A DNA stretch of 64,000 nucleotides from Thalia democratica (GCA_965202585.1 OZ241829.1:72850001-72914000), one strand, 5' to 3'. Shown: positions 51,497 through 63,860, counted from the stretch's first letter. Numbers and translations: made by a program. The notes: generated by a model from the sequence alone, not told the origin.

Positions 51497-54400
51497 CAGG
51501 GTTTCCCAAAGTGGGCGATATCGCCCCCCTGGGGGCGATTTTAGTAATTTGGGGGGCGATAATTAGTAAGGGTGCGAAAGGGTGGGCGATAACTAGTAAG
51601 AGGGCGAAAAGGGGGCGATTTTAAAATTTTGGGCTGTCATAAGATTTTTACTTTTTTTCTTGCTATTTTACTAATTTTAGGTTGCTATTAATTATTTGAC
51701 CCTGAGGTAAAACTTAAACAAAAAAGATAATTTTATTTATGTAAAAAATATAAAAAAAAATCAAGTGCTTATGACTCCTACTTTCAAGTAAATACTATAT
51801 TTTCATTCATATATTTCCTTATTTAAAAATTACATAGATCATAGACGATTTGAATCCCTCTCACTATTTTATAACCAGACAGATATGTTATTTGGGATCA
51901 TAAATGGTAAAAATTTATGTTATTTATTTTTAACTATAACCTCATGATATTTCCAGTTGTTTTTTGAAAAGTCACTAAGTTAGACTAAGAAATAAAACTA
52001 TACAGGGTTGCCAACTTACCTAGAAACCTGGAATTTGACAATTTAGCCAAAAACAAACCTGGAAAAAATCTGGAATTTTTAACAATTTTAACATTTTAAG
52101 TAGTAAAATTTAGATTCGACACAAAAAAGCTATCATATAAATAAAAATATGGATTCCTTCGAGGCAGATACTCTTGAAGTAAACGACTAACAGAAAACCT
52201 TCTCAGACTTACAAACTGACCTTGAACTTAAAGTAAATTCTTCCAAAGAACGATATGTAAGCTTATGTACTCAACAAAAACTTAGGCAAAAGTATCCAAT
52301 CATTTGAGAGGCATTTAGATTGTTGTTTATAGCTTTTCCTTCTAGCTATATTGTTGAGAAAGCTTTCAGTTCAGTTATCAACATCTTGAGCAAAATATCT
52401 TATCTAGATATACATAAAGGAGGTGACTTAAGGCTCTATTTTACTGATTAAGAATCAGATTAGAAAAACTTGCAAGCAGTCATGAATCTCATCCTTCACA
52501 TTATATTAGACTTTAGTAGCAGACAATATTTTATGAAAGTATTTTAATTTTATTTGATCTTTTAAAACATTTCTTATTCAACCTGGTTTGTATTGTATTT
52601 AAGTAGTCTTTTTATAATAACAACTGTATTAAACTATTTATTCTAAAACAGGTTTGCATAATGCCTAATAAATATTAATTACGGTAAACTTCCTCTTGAG
52701 TTCAACTTTTTACCCAAAAAAAATTGCAAACTTATATTTTCTTAAATTTAACTAAAGTAAATCCTATTACTAGCTAAATATTAATAAAACAAATTATATA
52801 TAATATTTTATAGCTTATATAGATCTATTTTTTTAAATTAAAGTTTGTTTTATGTTTTAGTGGATTTCATGTTTTTTCATAACATTATTGCCTATAACAC
52901 ATTGAAATTTGTCATTTTGTAAAAAAAATGTGGTAATAATTTTTTAAGTTGCACTTTTTGATTTTTTTTAAAGTCCGAACTCAAGCGGAAGTCTACTATA
53001 TTTATTAAATGGTTTATGTTTTAAAGTTGTTAATAGTTTTATTTTGACCTGGTTAATTTTGTAGTTCATATTCGTCGTTTTACATTACACTAAAAGTTTT
53101 TATAGCATAGTGATTAAAATACTTGTTTGAAAGACCTTTATTTGACAGGTTTTTGTTATTACTTGTTTAATCTGTATATAAATTATATCACTGTATAACT
53201 ATTATCTGATTGTAAAATTTTGATAACCATTAAAGTTTTTGTTTCTAAAAATATTTTTTTGGTTTTAAAAGAGTATAAATTTAAGACCTTTATTTGAAAT
53301 GACTTCTACGTTTTCACTTAAAAGTTTCTTAAACTTAATATTATTTTCTAACTTAATTTACTATTGTTAAAATTTTTTTGTCATTTAAGGAGTTTTAAAC
53401 TGTTAATACAACTAATTTTTGTTTTATCTTAGTTCAATATTTATTAGCAATTGGAATATACTTAGTTTATTTAAATATTTCAACACTAGCTTTTAGTTTT
53501 TCACTATTTTTCTCTGTTAAACTATCATAGGCTAATAGCTAGAAAAAAAACTTTTTAAACAGAATAAAATAAGCCATAAAAAAGACTGCTACAATTACAA
53601 AACAAAATTTTACCTAGTTAAAAGTTTTTTTTAATTGATTACTTTCTGTTCACAGCATTAACTGTTAAACATTGGATTTTTTTTTTTGAATTTAAATAAA
53701 GAAAAAATATATTAGAATTAAGGTTTAGTTCCCTAGAGATTATTCCCAGTCAAATACTATTTCATGGTATTCTAATACGAAAGAAATAGTTTAAAAAGTT
53801 TAAAATTAAAGTTTTAACTTTACAACTAACTTGCTTACAATATATCTTAGCATTGAAATTAATAAATTTACTGCATTAACTTGATGAAACCACTTTTCAT
53901 GTGAGATAATCAACCAGTCGGTCAAACTTCCTCAAACTAGATCAGAAATTATTTTTCAATTTTTATTTTATTATGTGTAAAATAAATTGTTCATTTTTTT
54001 ATGGTTTTTAATCTCTGGTATAGTTATTTTAGAATATGCCTATTTATAAAGTAATTTAAGTATTTTGTTAGGGTTAAATAAGTTACTTAGTATTAACTTC
54101 TAAATATCCAAAATTCGTTATATGAGATATTATTATAATGTCAGGTTTCATTTAAGATTTCAGATAGGTAACGTACTGCTCAGATCCAGTCGCAGATCCA
54201 GTCGAATTTCGACCCGCTAAGTAAATTGAAAACTACTTGTGCAAAATAAATAAAATTTAGTTTTAGATACTTACTATTTTGAAATACACTTTCATTTCGT
54301 TTTCAGTTCACAATAGTATTTCCTAGATCACAATAATACTAAATAATTTTATTACAGTTTTGCTCGAGTTTTTTAATTTTCTTATTTGTTATTTTTTTAA

Positions 54401-54829
54401 ATCATGCAGCCCGAAACTACATTTTTTAACGAGTTGAAACTAGAAAAGATTTTTTAGTAAATATGAGTTGCTCACTACAAAAGTTGTCCACCACTGACCT
54501 AAAAGTTTTTATTAGTTTCAAAACAGTTCATATTTAAACAGGATTGATTACAGATTACACAAGGCTTTTTAATATTTAAGTATTTTAATACACTTTACTG
54601 GGCTTCTAAGAAAATAACTGTAAATTATTTTCTAAAGCACTGTAAACTACTTTGAACACATAAGTGCGTGCATGAGAAGTACTAGACTAAATTACATTTC
54701 GAACACAAATTTTTTTATCTCAAAAGCTTGTAGTAAAAAGAAAAACTACTTTGTAAAATCGTGGGGGGCGATTTTTTTTTCAAATTACTGAAAAGGGGGC
54801 GATTTAGTAAATGAGTTTGGGAAACCCTG
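51497..54829 (+). mobile_element. hAT (Charlie/Buster-like) DNA transposon, internally deleted with nested fragments, 3333 bp
   Basis: Perfect 14-bp TIRs cagggtttcccaaa / tttgggaaaccctg. Perfect 8-bp TSD tactaaac (51489-51496, 54830-54837). gggggcgat subterminal repeats. Empty site in the paralogous spacer at ~25403. Confidence 0.93.
52170..52503 (+). pseudogene. Charlie/Buster-type hAT transposase C-terminal remnant
   Basis: Reads LLFIAFPSSYIVEKAFSSVINIL...GDLRL...SHESHPSH with stops and frameshifts. Confidence 0.85.
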
Positions 54830-56195
54830 TACTAAACAATAGTGTATACAAAACAAAAAAATTATGTTTTCAGTTTTTAAAAAAAGTTTTTTAATGTTTT
54901 TTAATAGTTTACTCTTAACAAATACTATTAATACAATAAGTTGTTATCTTATTCAATTAATAACTTAGTGCTTGTTAATAAAAAAATTAAATTGTGTTTT
55001 TGTTTTAATTATTTAACAATGAATTAAAAAAAAACTTTATTCAAGTAAAAAGTTTACTAAAGAAAATTCTAAGAATGGTAAATGTTATATTTTTTTATAA
55101 AATACGTACTGATTGTTTTTTAGATAATTACCTTCGTTACATTTAACTATCTTTCTAATATTTGGTAAAAACGGGTACGTGGCAATGCAAATTTATATAT
55201 TTAAAATTTTTACGAATCTTAGTTGTCACTTAGAAAGCAACTATGAATAAATGTATTAAATATTATTTTGCAATTGAATATTTAATAATAAGAACAATAA
55301 AATCATTTATGTTTTTATCCAAAACACTTTTTAGGACTTTGATTTTTTTGTTAATAGAAGCTAATAGAAAAAATTAATACATTATACTGACACAATGTTG
55401 TAATATATACTAAGGTATCCTTTTTTTTTTAAATTCAAATTACCTTTGAATTTACGCTCTTTTAAAAATTATTAAAATATTAAACTGTCGGAACTTTAAT
55501 TGCTATGTAACCATGGGTAACTGTTCTCAAAAGTATTTTAGTTTAAAAATGTAGACTAGTACAAAAACAATTTAGATTGTTTACTTTGTATCTTATAAAT
55601 ATCTTAAATACTTAAAAATACTTGTAAAAAACTTCTTACTATTATGTTTAAAGGTACATGTAACAGTTATTAAAAAAAATAAAAAAAGTCAGTTCTAAAG
55701 ATATATTCCAACGTAAACTAGCACAAACTCTAAATGTTTTCTAAATTACCATGTAGAATTTTGTTAGAAAGTATTAAAACACAAAAAGTATATTTGATTG
55801 ATCTCTCTCAAAAAAGACTAAGTACGCTAAAAAATTAAAACTAATTCATATAAAAATATATTTTAAACATAAAGATAAGGGTTTGAAATTTTTTTTTGTC
55901 TTAATAAATTAATTAACCCTTAAGGTATGTATGTGTTTTTTATAAAGTTTTAATCAGTAGACTACAAGTATAAGTTACTCATAAAAGTGTATAATACGCA
56001 AGTCTAGTTATTTATCAAAGTATGAGTTCTTCAGAGTTTTTTCGTATTTGGGTAAGCTTCAAAATCTTAATAATTTATATATCAAAAGTTTTTTTTTGAT
56101 GTTAGTAGCTTTTTTAACGTTAGACAGGAAATTGTAAAAGTATAAATTACTTTAAAGCTTCGTGTTACAGGTGAGTAGTTAGTAAAACTTGTATA

Positions 56196-58067
56196 ATGAT
56201 AAAACTTAAATTTTGTTTTGATGTCAGCTTTACCAATATTATTCTGGGTGTAGCTGGTATATCTGCTACAGTTTGTGCATTGCAGTATTTCATTTTAAAC
56301 AAGAGCAATCTACAAGGCTCTTTAAAAAATGATGTTGTACGAAATAAAACAGACTCTGATAAAAAGAAAAAAGTGTCAAACCTAGTTTCAGCAAAACAAA
56401 ATATTAACTCAAAACTCAGTAAAATCACATCAGCTACAGATGACTTCAAAAGCAACAAACATGAAAATGACTTAGATAAGTTTTCAAATAAAAGTAAAGG
56501 TTTTATCACTCCTATTAACGTAGTTTTTAGAAAGTCATCAGATTTTAAAGGTAAATATAATGCAAACTTTGAAAAATCTATCTCAAGTTCTGATTTAAAC
56601 TGTGTTGGACCAATTTCTGAAAATGAATCATGCAAGGCAAATATTACTGAAGTACGTTCAGACCAATTAAAAGATGAAAGCATAAAGACTCTTGATGAGA
56701 TAGCTGGTATTAGAGCTAATGTAATAACTTCTAATAACGGTTTACAAACTGTTGAGGAAAAGTATAAAGTAGATTATAGAAAGGAGTTTGTAAATAAAGG
56801 AAGTCCAGACCAATTGAACGATGAAAGAATCGAGGTTCTTGATAAAAAAAATAGTTTAGAAGATGATACAAGTACTTCTATTGACGATTTGCAAAATGTT
56901 GAGGAAAAATCTAAAGTAGGTATTGAAAAGGAGCCTGTGAATAAAGGAAGTCCAGACCAGTTGAACGTTGGACGAATTGAGGTTTTTTGTGCGGAAAATA
57001 AATTAGAAGACGATACAAGTGCCTCTATTGACGATTTGCAAAATGTTGCGGAAAAATCTAAAGTAGATATTAAAAAGGAGCCTGTAAATGAAGGTAGTTT
57101 AGTACAATTAAAAGATGAAAATGTAAAAGTTCTTGACAAAAAAATTAGTTCAGAAACTGATACAATTACTACAAGTACTTCTAATGACGATTATCAAAAT
57201 GTTAAGGTAAAATATAAAGTAAATACTAAAAAGAAGCCTGTAAATAAAAAAAGTCAAGATCATTTGATAGATAAAAATATAAAAGTTCTTGGCAAAGATG
57301 CTAGATTAAAAGGTAATGCCAGTAATACAAATGACGGTTCGCAAACTGTAAAGGTGAAACTTAAGAAGAACAAAAGAAAAAAATATGAAAATAAAATAGA
57401 AAAACTTCGTAACGATTTAATTCAACAGCAACGTTTTTTTGAGGAGACTCTTAGATTAATTAAAATTGAAGAAAAAGAACTCGACCAAAACCTCAGTAAG
57501 ATGAAAAAAGGGACATCAGCACTTTCTTTGTATAATAAAGTTTGCAATCGTCAGATTAATATACGAGAAAAGAAAACCAAACAAAATTACAATGAAAATA
57601 TGAAAGCATTTTTTACAGATGTTTGCGATTTAAAGGAGAAAGTATGGAAAGAAGCGGGAAATAAACCAAAATATTCCACTACTCAGTTATCAAACAAAAA
57701 ACAGAAAAATCTCAAGGAAAAGTTTGATTGTATGCAAAATGTTTTAAACATATTTGGGCGCATAGTTGAGATTGTTTTGAGAGAAATTAAATTTATGCTT
57801 GAATATTTAGAAGTTGATAAATCTAAATCAAAACTTTTCTTTGAAGTTTCGCTAAATTTACATAATGAATATGAAGAATGGTCGAAAAAATTTCACTTAA
57901 TGTATGATGGTTATGAAAATAATTTTGGCAGAGAAGCTATATGGAAAAATTTAGATGATATAAAGGATAGTTTTTATTGTTTATTTGACAAGTTTATCTG
58001 TATTTGGGATAATAGCTATAAGACTTTAGTTGTAGATGAGTATCAAAAATATAAGAATAGAGGTTAG
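56196..58067 (+). CDS. Family copy 8 (subtype A, 623 aa)
   Basis: Intact ORF; ttacAG|GTGAGT 25 nt upstream (GT at 56171); ~5 repeat units; shares a 9-bp duplication (TTSTS) with copy 1. AATAAA at 58184. Confidence 0.9.
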   Translation: MIKLKFCFDVSFTNIILGVAGISATVCALQYFILNKSNLQGSLKNDVVRNKTDSDKKKKVSNLVSAKQNINSKLSKITSATDDFKSNKHENDLDKFSNKSKGFITPINVVFRKSSDFKGKYNANFEKSISSSDLNCVGPISENESCKANITEVRSDQLKDESIKTLDEIAGIRANVITSNNGLQTVEEKYKVDYRKEFVNKGSPDQLNDERIEVLDKKNSLEDDTSTSIDDLQNVEEKSKVGIEKEPVNKGSPDQLNVGRIEVFCAENKLEDDTSASIDDLQNVAEKSKVDIKKEPVNEGSLVQLKDENVKVLDKKISSETDTITTSTSNDDYQNVKVKYKVNTKKKPVNKKSQDHLIDKNIKVLGKDARLKGNASNTNDGSQTVKVKLKKNKRKKYENKIEKLRNDLIQQQRFFEETLRLIKIEEKELDQNLSKMKKGTSALSLYNKVCNRQINIREKKTKQNYNENMKAFFTDVCDLKEKVWKEAGNKPKYSTTQLSNKKQKNLKEKFDCMQNVLNIFGRIVEIVLREIKFMLEYLEVDKSKSKLFFEVSLNLHNEYEEWSKKFHLMYDGYENNFGREAIWKNLDDIKDSFYCLFDKFICIWDNSYKTLVVDEYQKYKNRG

Positions 58068-58780
58068 AATATACTGACTTAAAAACGTTTTTGGTTTGTG
58101 ATTTATCTTTGTTTTAGCTGTGTTTTTTTTATTTACTTGATTTTTGTTTAAAAAAAAACATTCTTTTCCTTTTTTAGTAGTTAAATAAACAATAAATATA
58201 GATATATAAATAGCCTTAATGTGTTTCTTTAGTTTTGAGAATTCGAGTTTGAAAAATTTAAACGAGTTTAGTGAAAAAAACTTGATTGTTAGCTTATACC
58301 TTAATTATATTTTGCTAAATTTATACCAAGTTTTAAATTATAGCAATTACCTTTAATAATAAATTACTAGACTAGGAATTTTCTATTAAATATATACATA
58401 TTCGTTATAGAAAGTTATCATAAAGTTATTTTAACAACAACTTTTAAATGTATAATTGAATTTAAATAACGTTTTTAAAAAAAAAAGTTTTACTTGGTAA
58501 GTCATGATAAAAATCCTTAACGTAATTATCAAAAAAAAATTGAAAAGAACTATATGATTTAAAACTACTACTTAGTTAATTAATTTAAAATCTTAAATGT
58601 TTGTTTTAGTAACTTAATGCACTTAGCTCAATTCTACTAAAAAATAAGTTAGTTATTTTAAAACTTATCTCTTAATTTTTAACTTGTAGCCACTTACTTT
58701 AAATTGTAATCTATACCGTTGTAAACTTAAAGGTTATTTTCACAACGACATTTATTAAACAACATAAGTTTTATTTAGGT

Positions 58781-58973
58781 CAGAAGCTCGTCAGGCGAAA
58801 TGTTTGGAAATGTTTTATAGTCATAAAAGTTCAAACCAATATCCTTTTGTAAAAACCGCTGTTAATTAAATAGAAAATACTGTTGCATGTTTTATCAGTG
58901 AACTTAATTGCATTTCTAAAATGTTGCAAATGAATATCAAAAGCATATTGAGGCTGAAGAAGTTGATGTTTAA
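58781..58973 (+). pseudogene. 3' relic of a ninth copy (copy-6-like C-terminus)
   Basis: Co-linear with 41145-41353, e.g. cagtgaacttaattgcatttc and gaatatcaaaagcatattgaggctgaagaagtt. Confidence 0.75.
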
Positions 58974-59510
58974 TAATGTTTTAGTTTTGGTTTTTTTGTT
59001 TGGTTTTGTTTTCATTGAGTTTGGTTTTTGTAAACAGTTTTTTCATTATAAAAACGTGAAAGTTTAGTTTGGATTTGAACAATAAATACTGTGTTATATT
59101 GAGTTTTTTCTGATTTTATTTCATTAAGTACTGTAACAAAAAACTGAAACTTAAAATGTTATGGATATTTAAAAAAAAAAAAATTTTTGAATTAAATTAA
59201 AATGTGATTTCTTTTAGATTGTAAAATATAATAAAACCACAAAAATTTTAGATTTATTACAAGTTTAAAAAGTATTAATATTCAAGACAATCTTAGCAAG
59301 TAAAAATATAATTTTTAAATAAAAAAAAAACTCGTTTCTAATTCATATATTGTTGAAATTTTTAAATTTTTAACTTTTAATGTTTGGCACAGTGATATTC
59401 ATGACTAAATAAACAAATAAAATTCGAAAAAATTTAATTTCATGTAAATGACTATTATTGTTGCCTATTGTACAATCAACAATATTTCTTAATATTTTCA
59501 TCTTATAATT

Positions 59511-60243
59511 CATTGCTTCTGAAATGGGGTTCCGCAACGCTTCTCAGGGGGTCCACGAAGCCTTTCAAAATTTAAAAAATAAATTTTAAGAATAGAAAAA
59601 CATAAATCATACAACTCCAAAAAAAAAGGAACACATAAATTGGAAAACGTATATAATTATAGCATTCATTGATCTGCTTAGTGTGTATCTAGCGGTAGAA
59701 CTTTTAATGGGTATTCATTATAATAGGTGTCTGGTTGCGCAAATTTTTGAAAACTTTTTGAATTTATACTTTTTGTGAAGTCATGAAAATACTGGTATTA
59801 TCACTAAAGCAAACAATGTAGGAGCAATCAAAACAAATTCTAAATGTTTACAAAGAAAAACTAAATAAAAAATCTTTATCAGAAACTTATTTTTGGTACA
59901 TTATATTATTTCAAGTGCTGTAAAAAAATTTAAAAAAACGTCTATAAGCTTGATTTAAAATATAACATTTAAACATTTTATGTTGAAATAATGGTTTTTC
60001 CATTATAAAAATCACAATTTTTTTTTTATATTAAAGTTTATTGCAAACAAACAAAATATAAAATAGAAGTACTTTTCGGAAGAGCGTGTCCGAAAAGTAC
60101 TTCTATTTTATATTTTGTTTGTTTGCAATAAACTTTAATATAAAAAAAATAAACATTTTATGTAAAATTAAATTAGAAGTTCCGCGAAAAAGTTAATTTT
60201 TGAAAAAGGGTTCCGCCATTAAAAAAAAGGTTCAGAAGCACTG
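59511..60243. mobile_element. Non-autonomous hAT element (MITE), 733 bp
   Basis: TIRs cattgcttctgaa / ttcagaagcactg (12/13). TSD ttataatt / ttataact. Single-copy empty site ttataact at 15517-15524. Confidence 0.9.
60020..60149. repeat. Perfect 61-bp inverted repeat with 8-nt spacer
   Basis: Arms 60020-60080 and 60089-60149, spacer agagcgtg, no mismatches. Confidence 0.95.
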
Positions 60244-63200
60244 TTATAACTAACACACTTTTATAGTACTGTACTATATCTTCAGTATGTTATTACATGT
60301 CATTTAAGTTATAAGCAAAAGTTTATAAAAACCTCAATAAATAAAATATATAAAATGCGATTAGTTAAGTAAAACAACGTTATAAGCTCATTACATATTT
60401 TGTAAAATTTGCACACCAAACAACTTACTTAGCTGATCGACACAAATGAAAAATATGTAGAAATTGTTTACTATACACTTTTATGCTATAATCTCTAGGT
60501 GTAAAGTATTTAAACTGATTTTTATACTTTTTAAATGAATTTATTTTACTTCTAACCATAGTTTCCTAGTAATTAGTTAGAAGCACTACACTACAATAAA
60601 CGTTCGGCGATAAATCTAATAGTCAATTTTTATATCTAATAGTCAATAGCAATTTAACAGTTTCTCTAATAACCGTATAAAAAAATCTCTGCAAACTAAA
60701 CATACAAAAAAAATAAATCATAATCGATAACATTTATAAAAGAATTGTATTTTTACTTACTGGGTTTCAGTTTTCTGTTTTCAAAACAAATATGCATTAA
60801 TGTTTAATTTAGGACAATGCAATCAATCTTTTGCTTTATAAAATTTGAAATTATAAATTATTGAAAACTATGTCAAAAACCATTTATTTATTAAAATTTT
60901 CAGCGAGTAGATAAACATTCAAAATCTATAGACTATAAACAGTGGTTTATATGGAGATAAAAAACTTCATTCTACTATTTGACAAAAAAATGAAATTCTA
61001 CATTTTTTATAATTAGTCATTCAACTACAGCTTTTTTGATAAATAAAAGTTATTAAAATGGGTTATATTAATATTTTTAAATGTATTGACTTATTTTTAA
61101 AAAAGTAAGGTTTGAAAAATAAAATGTGAAGTTTTTATTTTGATGACAGTTTTTATAGTGGCCTCCGACACGAAAATGAAAGCCTGTGCCGATTTTACTG
61201 CTGCCGCCTTACTGTTGTCGGTTATTTTATTGAACAAACATGTTAAACAAGTTAAATTTACAATTTAATGTCAATTGTAACCGGAAGCTTTCAGTTAAGT
61301 TCAACTGATTTTAATTTTAAAAGTTAATTTATTTTTAATTTTTAAGTCAAACTTAATTTTTTTTAAACTAATTTTGAACTCACTTGTCTTATCATATTAA
61401 ATTTCAGTTCAAAGCAAAATTTGCATTCAGGCAAAAACTAAGCCCTGCTATAATCTTTGCATATGTAAACATTATAAAGTTATTTTGTTGAAGTACTGAC
61501 AACTGAGTGAAAATATATATAAAAGATCTGATTATGGGTAAGTTATGAACTAAAATCGAGGTAATAAATGCAAAATATACTATATTAACTATTCGAAGTA
61601 TTAGATCTTAGTTTAACATAAAAAATATTTTGCTTTAAATTTAAAGACTTATCAGTTTTACAAGTTAAAATTTTAAAAGTTTTAAGGTATTAGCCGAATA
61701 ATTCCCGATTTAAGTTCACAAAATTTTTGTAAACAAGGTGTCTATTAAGCACATTTCATTGAAACTTTTTCATTGTACAAATTGTAATGTCAAATGTTAC
61801 AATTAGTTAGATATACGCATAATTCTGAATTATTATTCATAACAAAAAACACGATGTATCAGACAGATAGCGGTCTGTATGTTCAACTATAAATTAAAAC
61901 TAAAACTGCTTGAGACTTAATGGTGTTTTTTTTATTATAAATAGATTAGTTTTGATAATTTTATATTTAAAAAAAAAATGATATTGTATAAGTTTATTTG
62001 ACTTTTTTGTAAAATAAAAATATTTAAATTCGTTTTTAATATATTTTAGAATTTTAGAACAGTTTACAATAGAATCACAGAAAAGTTCTTCTATTTTAGT
62101 TTAACTTAATATATAAAATTAATAACCAAAAACAAGTAATACAGCAGTCAAAACTCTAGAACAATTTTACGAAAAACAAAATAAAAAGTTTTGTCAGAAG
62201 ACATTTTGTATTCTAAAAGTAGCATTCTCTATGTGTGAACAAAACATGAAAACGTGACTAGAGCTAAAACTGCGTGGGTAAACATTATTTATACAAATTG
62301 GCATACGGTCCGATGAAAACTTGAACTTAATAAAGCTTGTTAAGCTTTAAAATAATATATTGAGTATTAAGGTATTGAGCGTTTTTAATGAACAACATAA
62401 AGTGTTAGTTTAGTTAATTAATAAAAAAACAATTTTTTAAAAACATCTTTAAAAGCGTTTAGGTATTTATATATTAGTATTTTAATTATTAAAATAAATT
62501 TCTGACCAAAAAAAATGCATCTATTAGAAAAATAAGATAATATACTAATAATTGTTATAATTAAACAGTAAGGTTTCTGTCTATGGCCACTAAAATACTA
62601 AAACTAATCTTTTGTACTGTTAATTAAAATTTATTTGTTTTCTTTAAACAATATTTTTTTTAATAGTTTTTTAAACAAGTGTCTAGTTTTTTTATGCACT
62701 AAATGGTTTCATAACGAAGAACTTAAATAAATAACTAACTAAAGTAAATTTACTACCAAAATTTAAAAGTATATCTAGTAAACATTTAATAAGTAAAGTA
62801 TTTTACTTGTGATCAAATACATGATGTCTTGAACGCACAGTAATAAAATTAAGCCTAAATATATGTTGTACTCTTTTATTAGATGATATTTTATAGTTAT
62901 AAGTAAAACTATAACTGTAACTAAAGGCTGAAAAAACAAAAGCTGTAACTGTGACTAAAACTAAAACTGCGGTAATTTTTTTTTTCGTTTTCGACTTCAA
63001 AATAGCAGCTGAACATTTACACCAAAATCGCACAAAACATACTATTAGTTACCATTTTAGTGAAGTTTTGATCACAAATAAAAGAACAGGTTCTTTAACG
63101 TTGTATGATATTTATCAGTTAATAAACAAAACTCTAAAATGTTTCAATTTTTTAGAAGAAAAGCTCTTCTTTCAAAAATGACAAACTGTATATATATTAA

Positions 63201-63479
63201 GTTTCTTTAAAATTAATTTCAAATGAAATTTAACACTTTTTCAATTGTTATATTGAATTTTACATTTAGTTGGACAAATGAATAATACTCATTGTTAACT
63301 TAGGTTATAACATTATCCTAAAATATTGAAAAATAAGACTACCAATGTCTGCCAACCATTCTTTAGACTTATCTAAAAAAGTTCTAATGGTAATGAAATC
63401 ATACTTTTTTGCAGTTTTTTTTTCCTTAAGATTTTATGTACACAATAAAATATTAATGTACAAAAATTAAATATTTTTT

Positions 63480-63860
63480 TGTTTTATTTTTTTCTATGAA
63501 AAACGGGTACATGACAATGCAAAATTTCTATATTTGAAACTATTATGAGTCTTAATTGTCGCTTAAAAGCCACTATGACTAAACTTATTAAATATTCTTT
63601 TACTATTTAATAATCAGACCTAAAAAAACGCATTTATGTTTTTTAGACAAAAAATTTTTGAGACTTTTTTTTTAATAGAAGCTAACAAAATAAATGAATT
63701 CTTTTTACTGTCATAATATTCTAATATATACCCAGGTGTTCTTTTTTTTTTTAATTTAAATTACCTTTGATATGTGCATCCTTTTAAAAATTATTGAAAT
63801 ATTGAATTGTCAGAAACTCAATGGACAACTGTCTACTAATCAGTTATAGTTTTAAAACTT
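63480..63860 (+). repeat. Third copy of the upstream block preceding copies 6 (~38.9-39.8 kb) and 8 (~55.15-56.17 kb)
   Basis: Shared taatagaagct, tactgtcanaat, aaattacctttga and ggacnactgtctacta segments. Confidence 0.75.

Noticed and set aside
13527-57139. Minus-strand ORFs overlapping the family genes (13527, 19324, 26877, 27080, 31622, 36430, 36750, 39909, 45075, 56165, 56774)
   Set aside because: Antisense shadows of the A-rich repetitive sense CDS; they give F/L/S-rich sequence with no independent signal.
58787-58797. Minus-strand CTGACGA as another hammerhead core
   Set aside because: No stem II or GAAA follows; it lies in the coding relic of copy 9.
47431-63181. Short ORFs 47431..47652, 62803..63033 and 62951..63181 (and similarly 7472, 9223, 10853, 32155, 38894 elsewhere)
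   Set aside because: Short, low-complexity or transposon-overlapping, with no recognisable motif or splice context.
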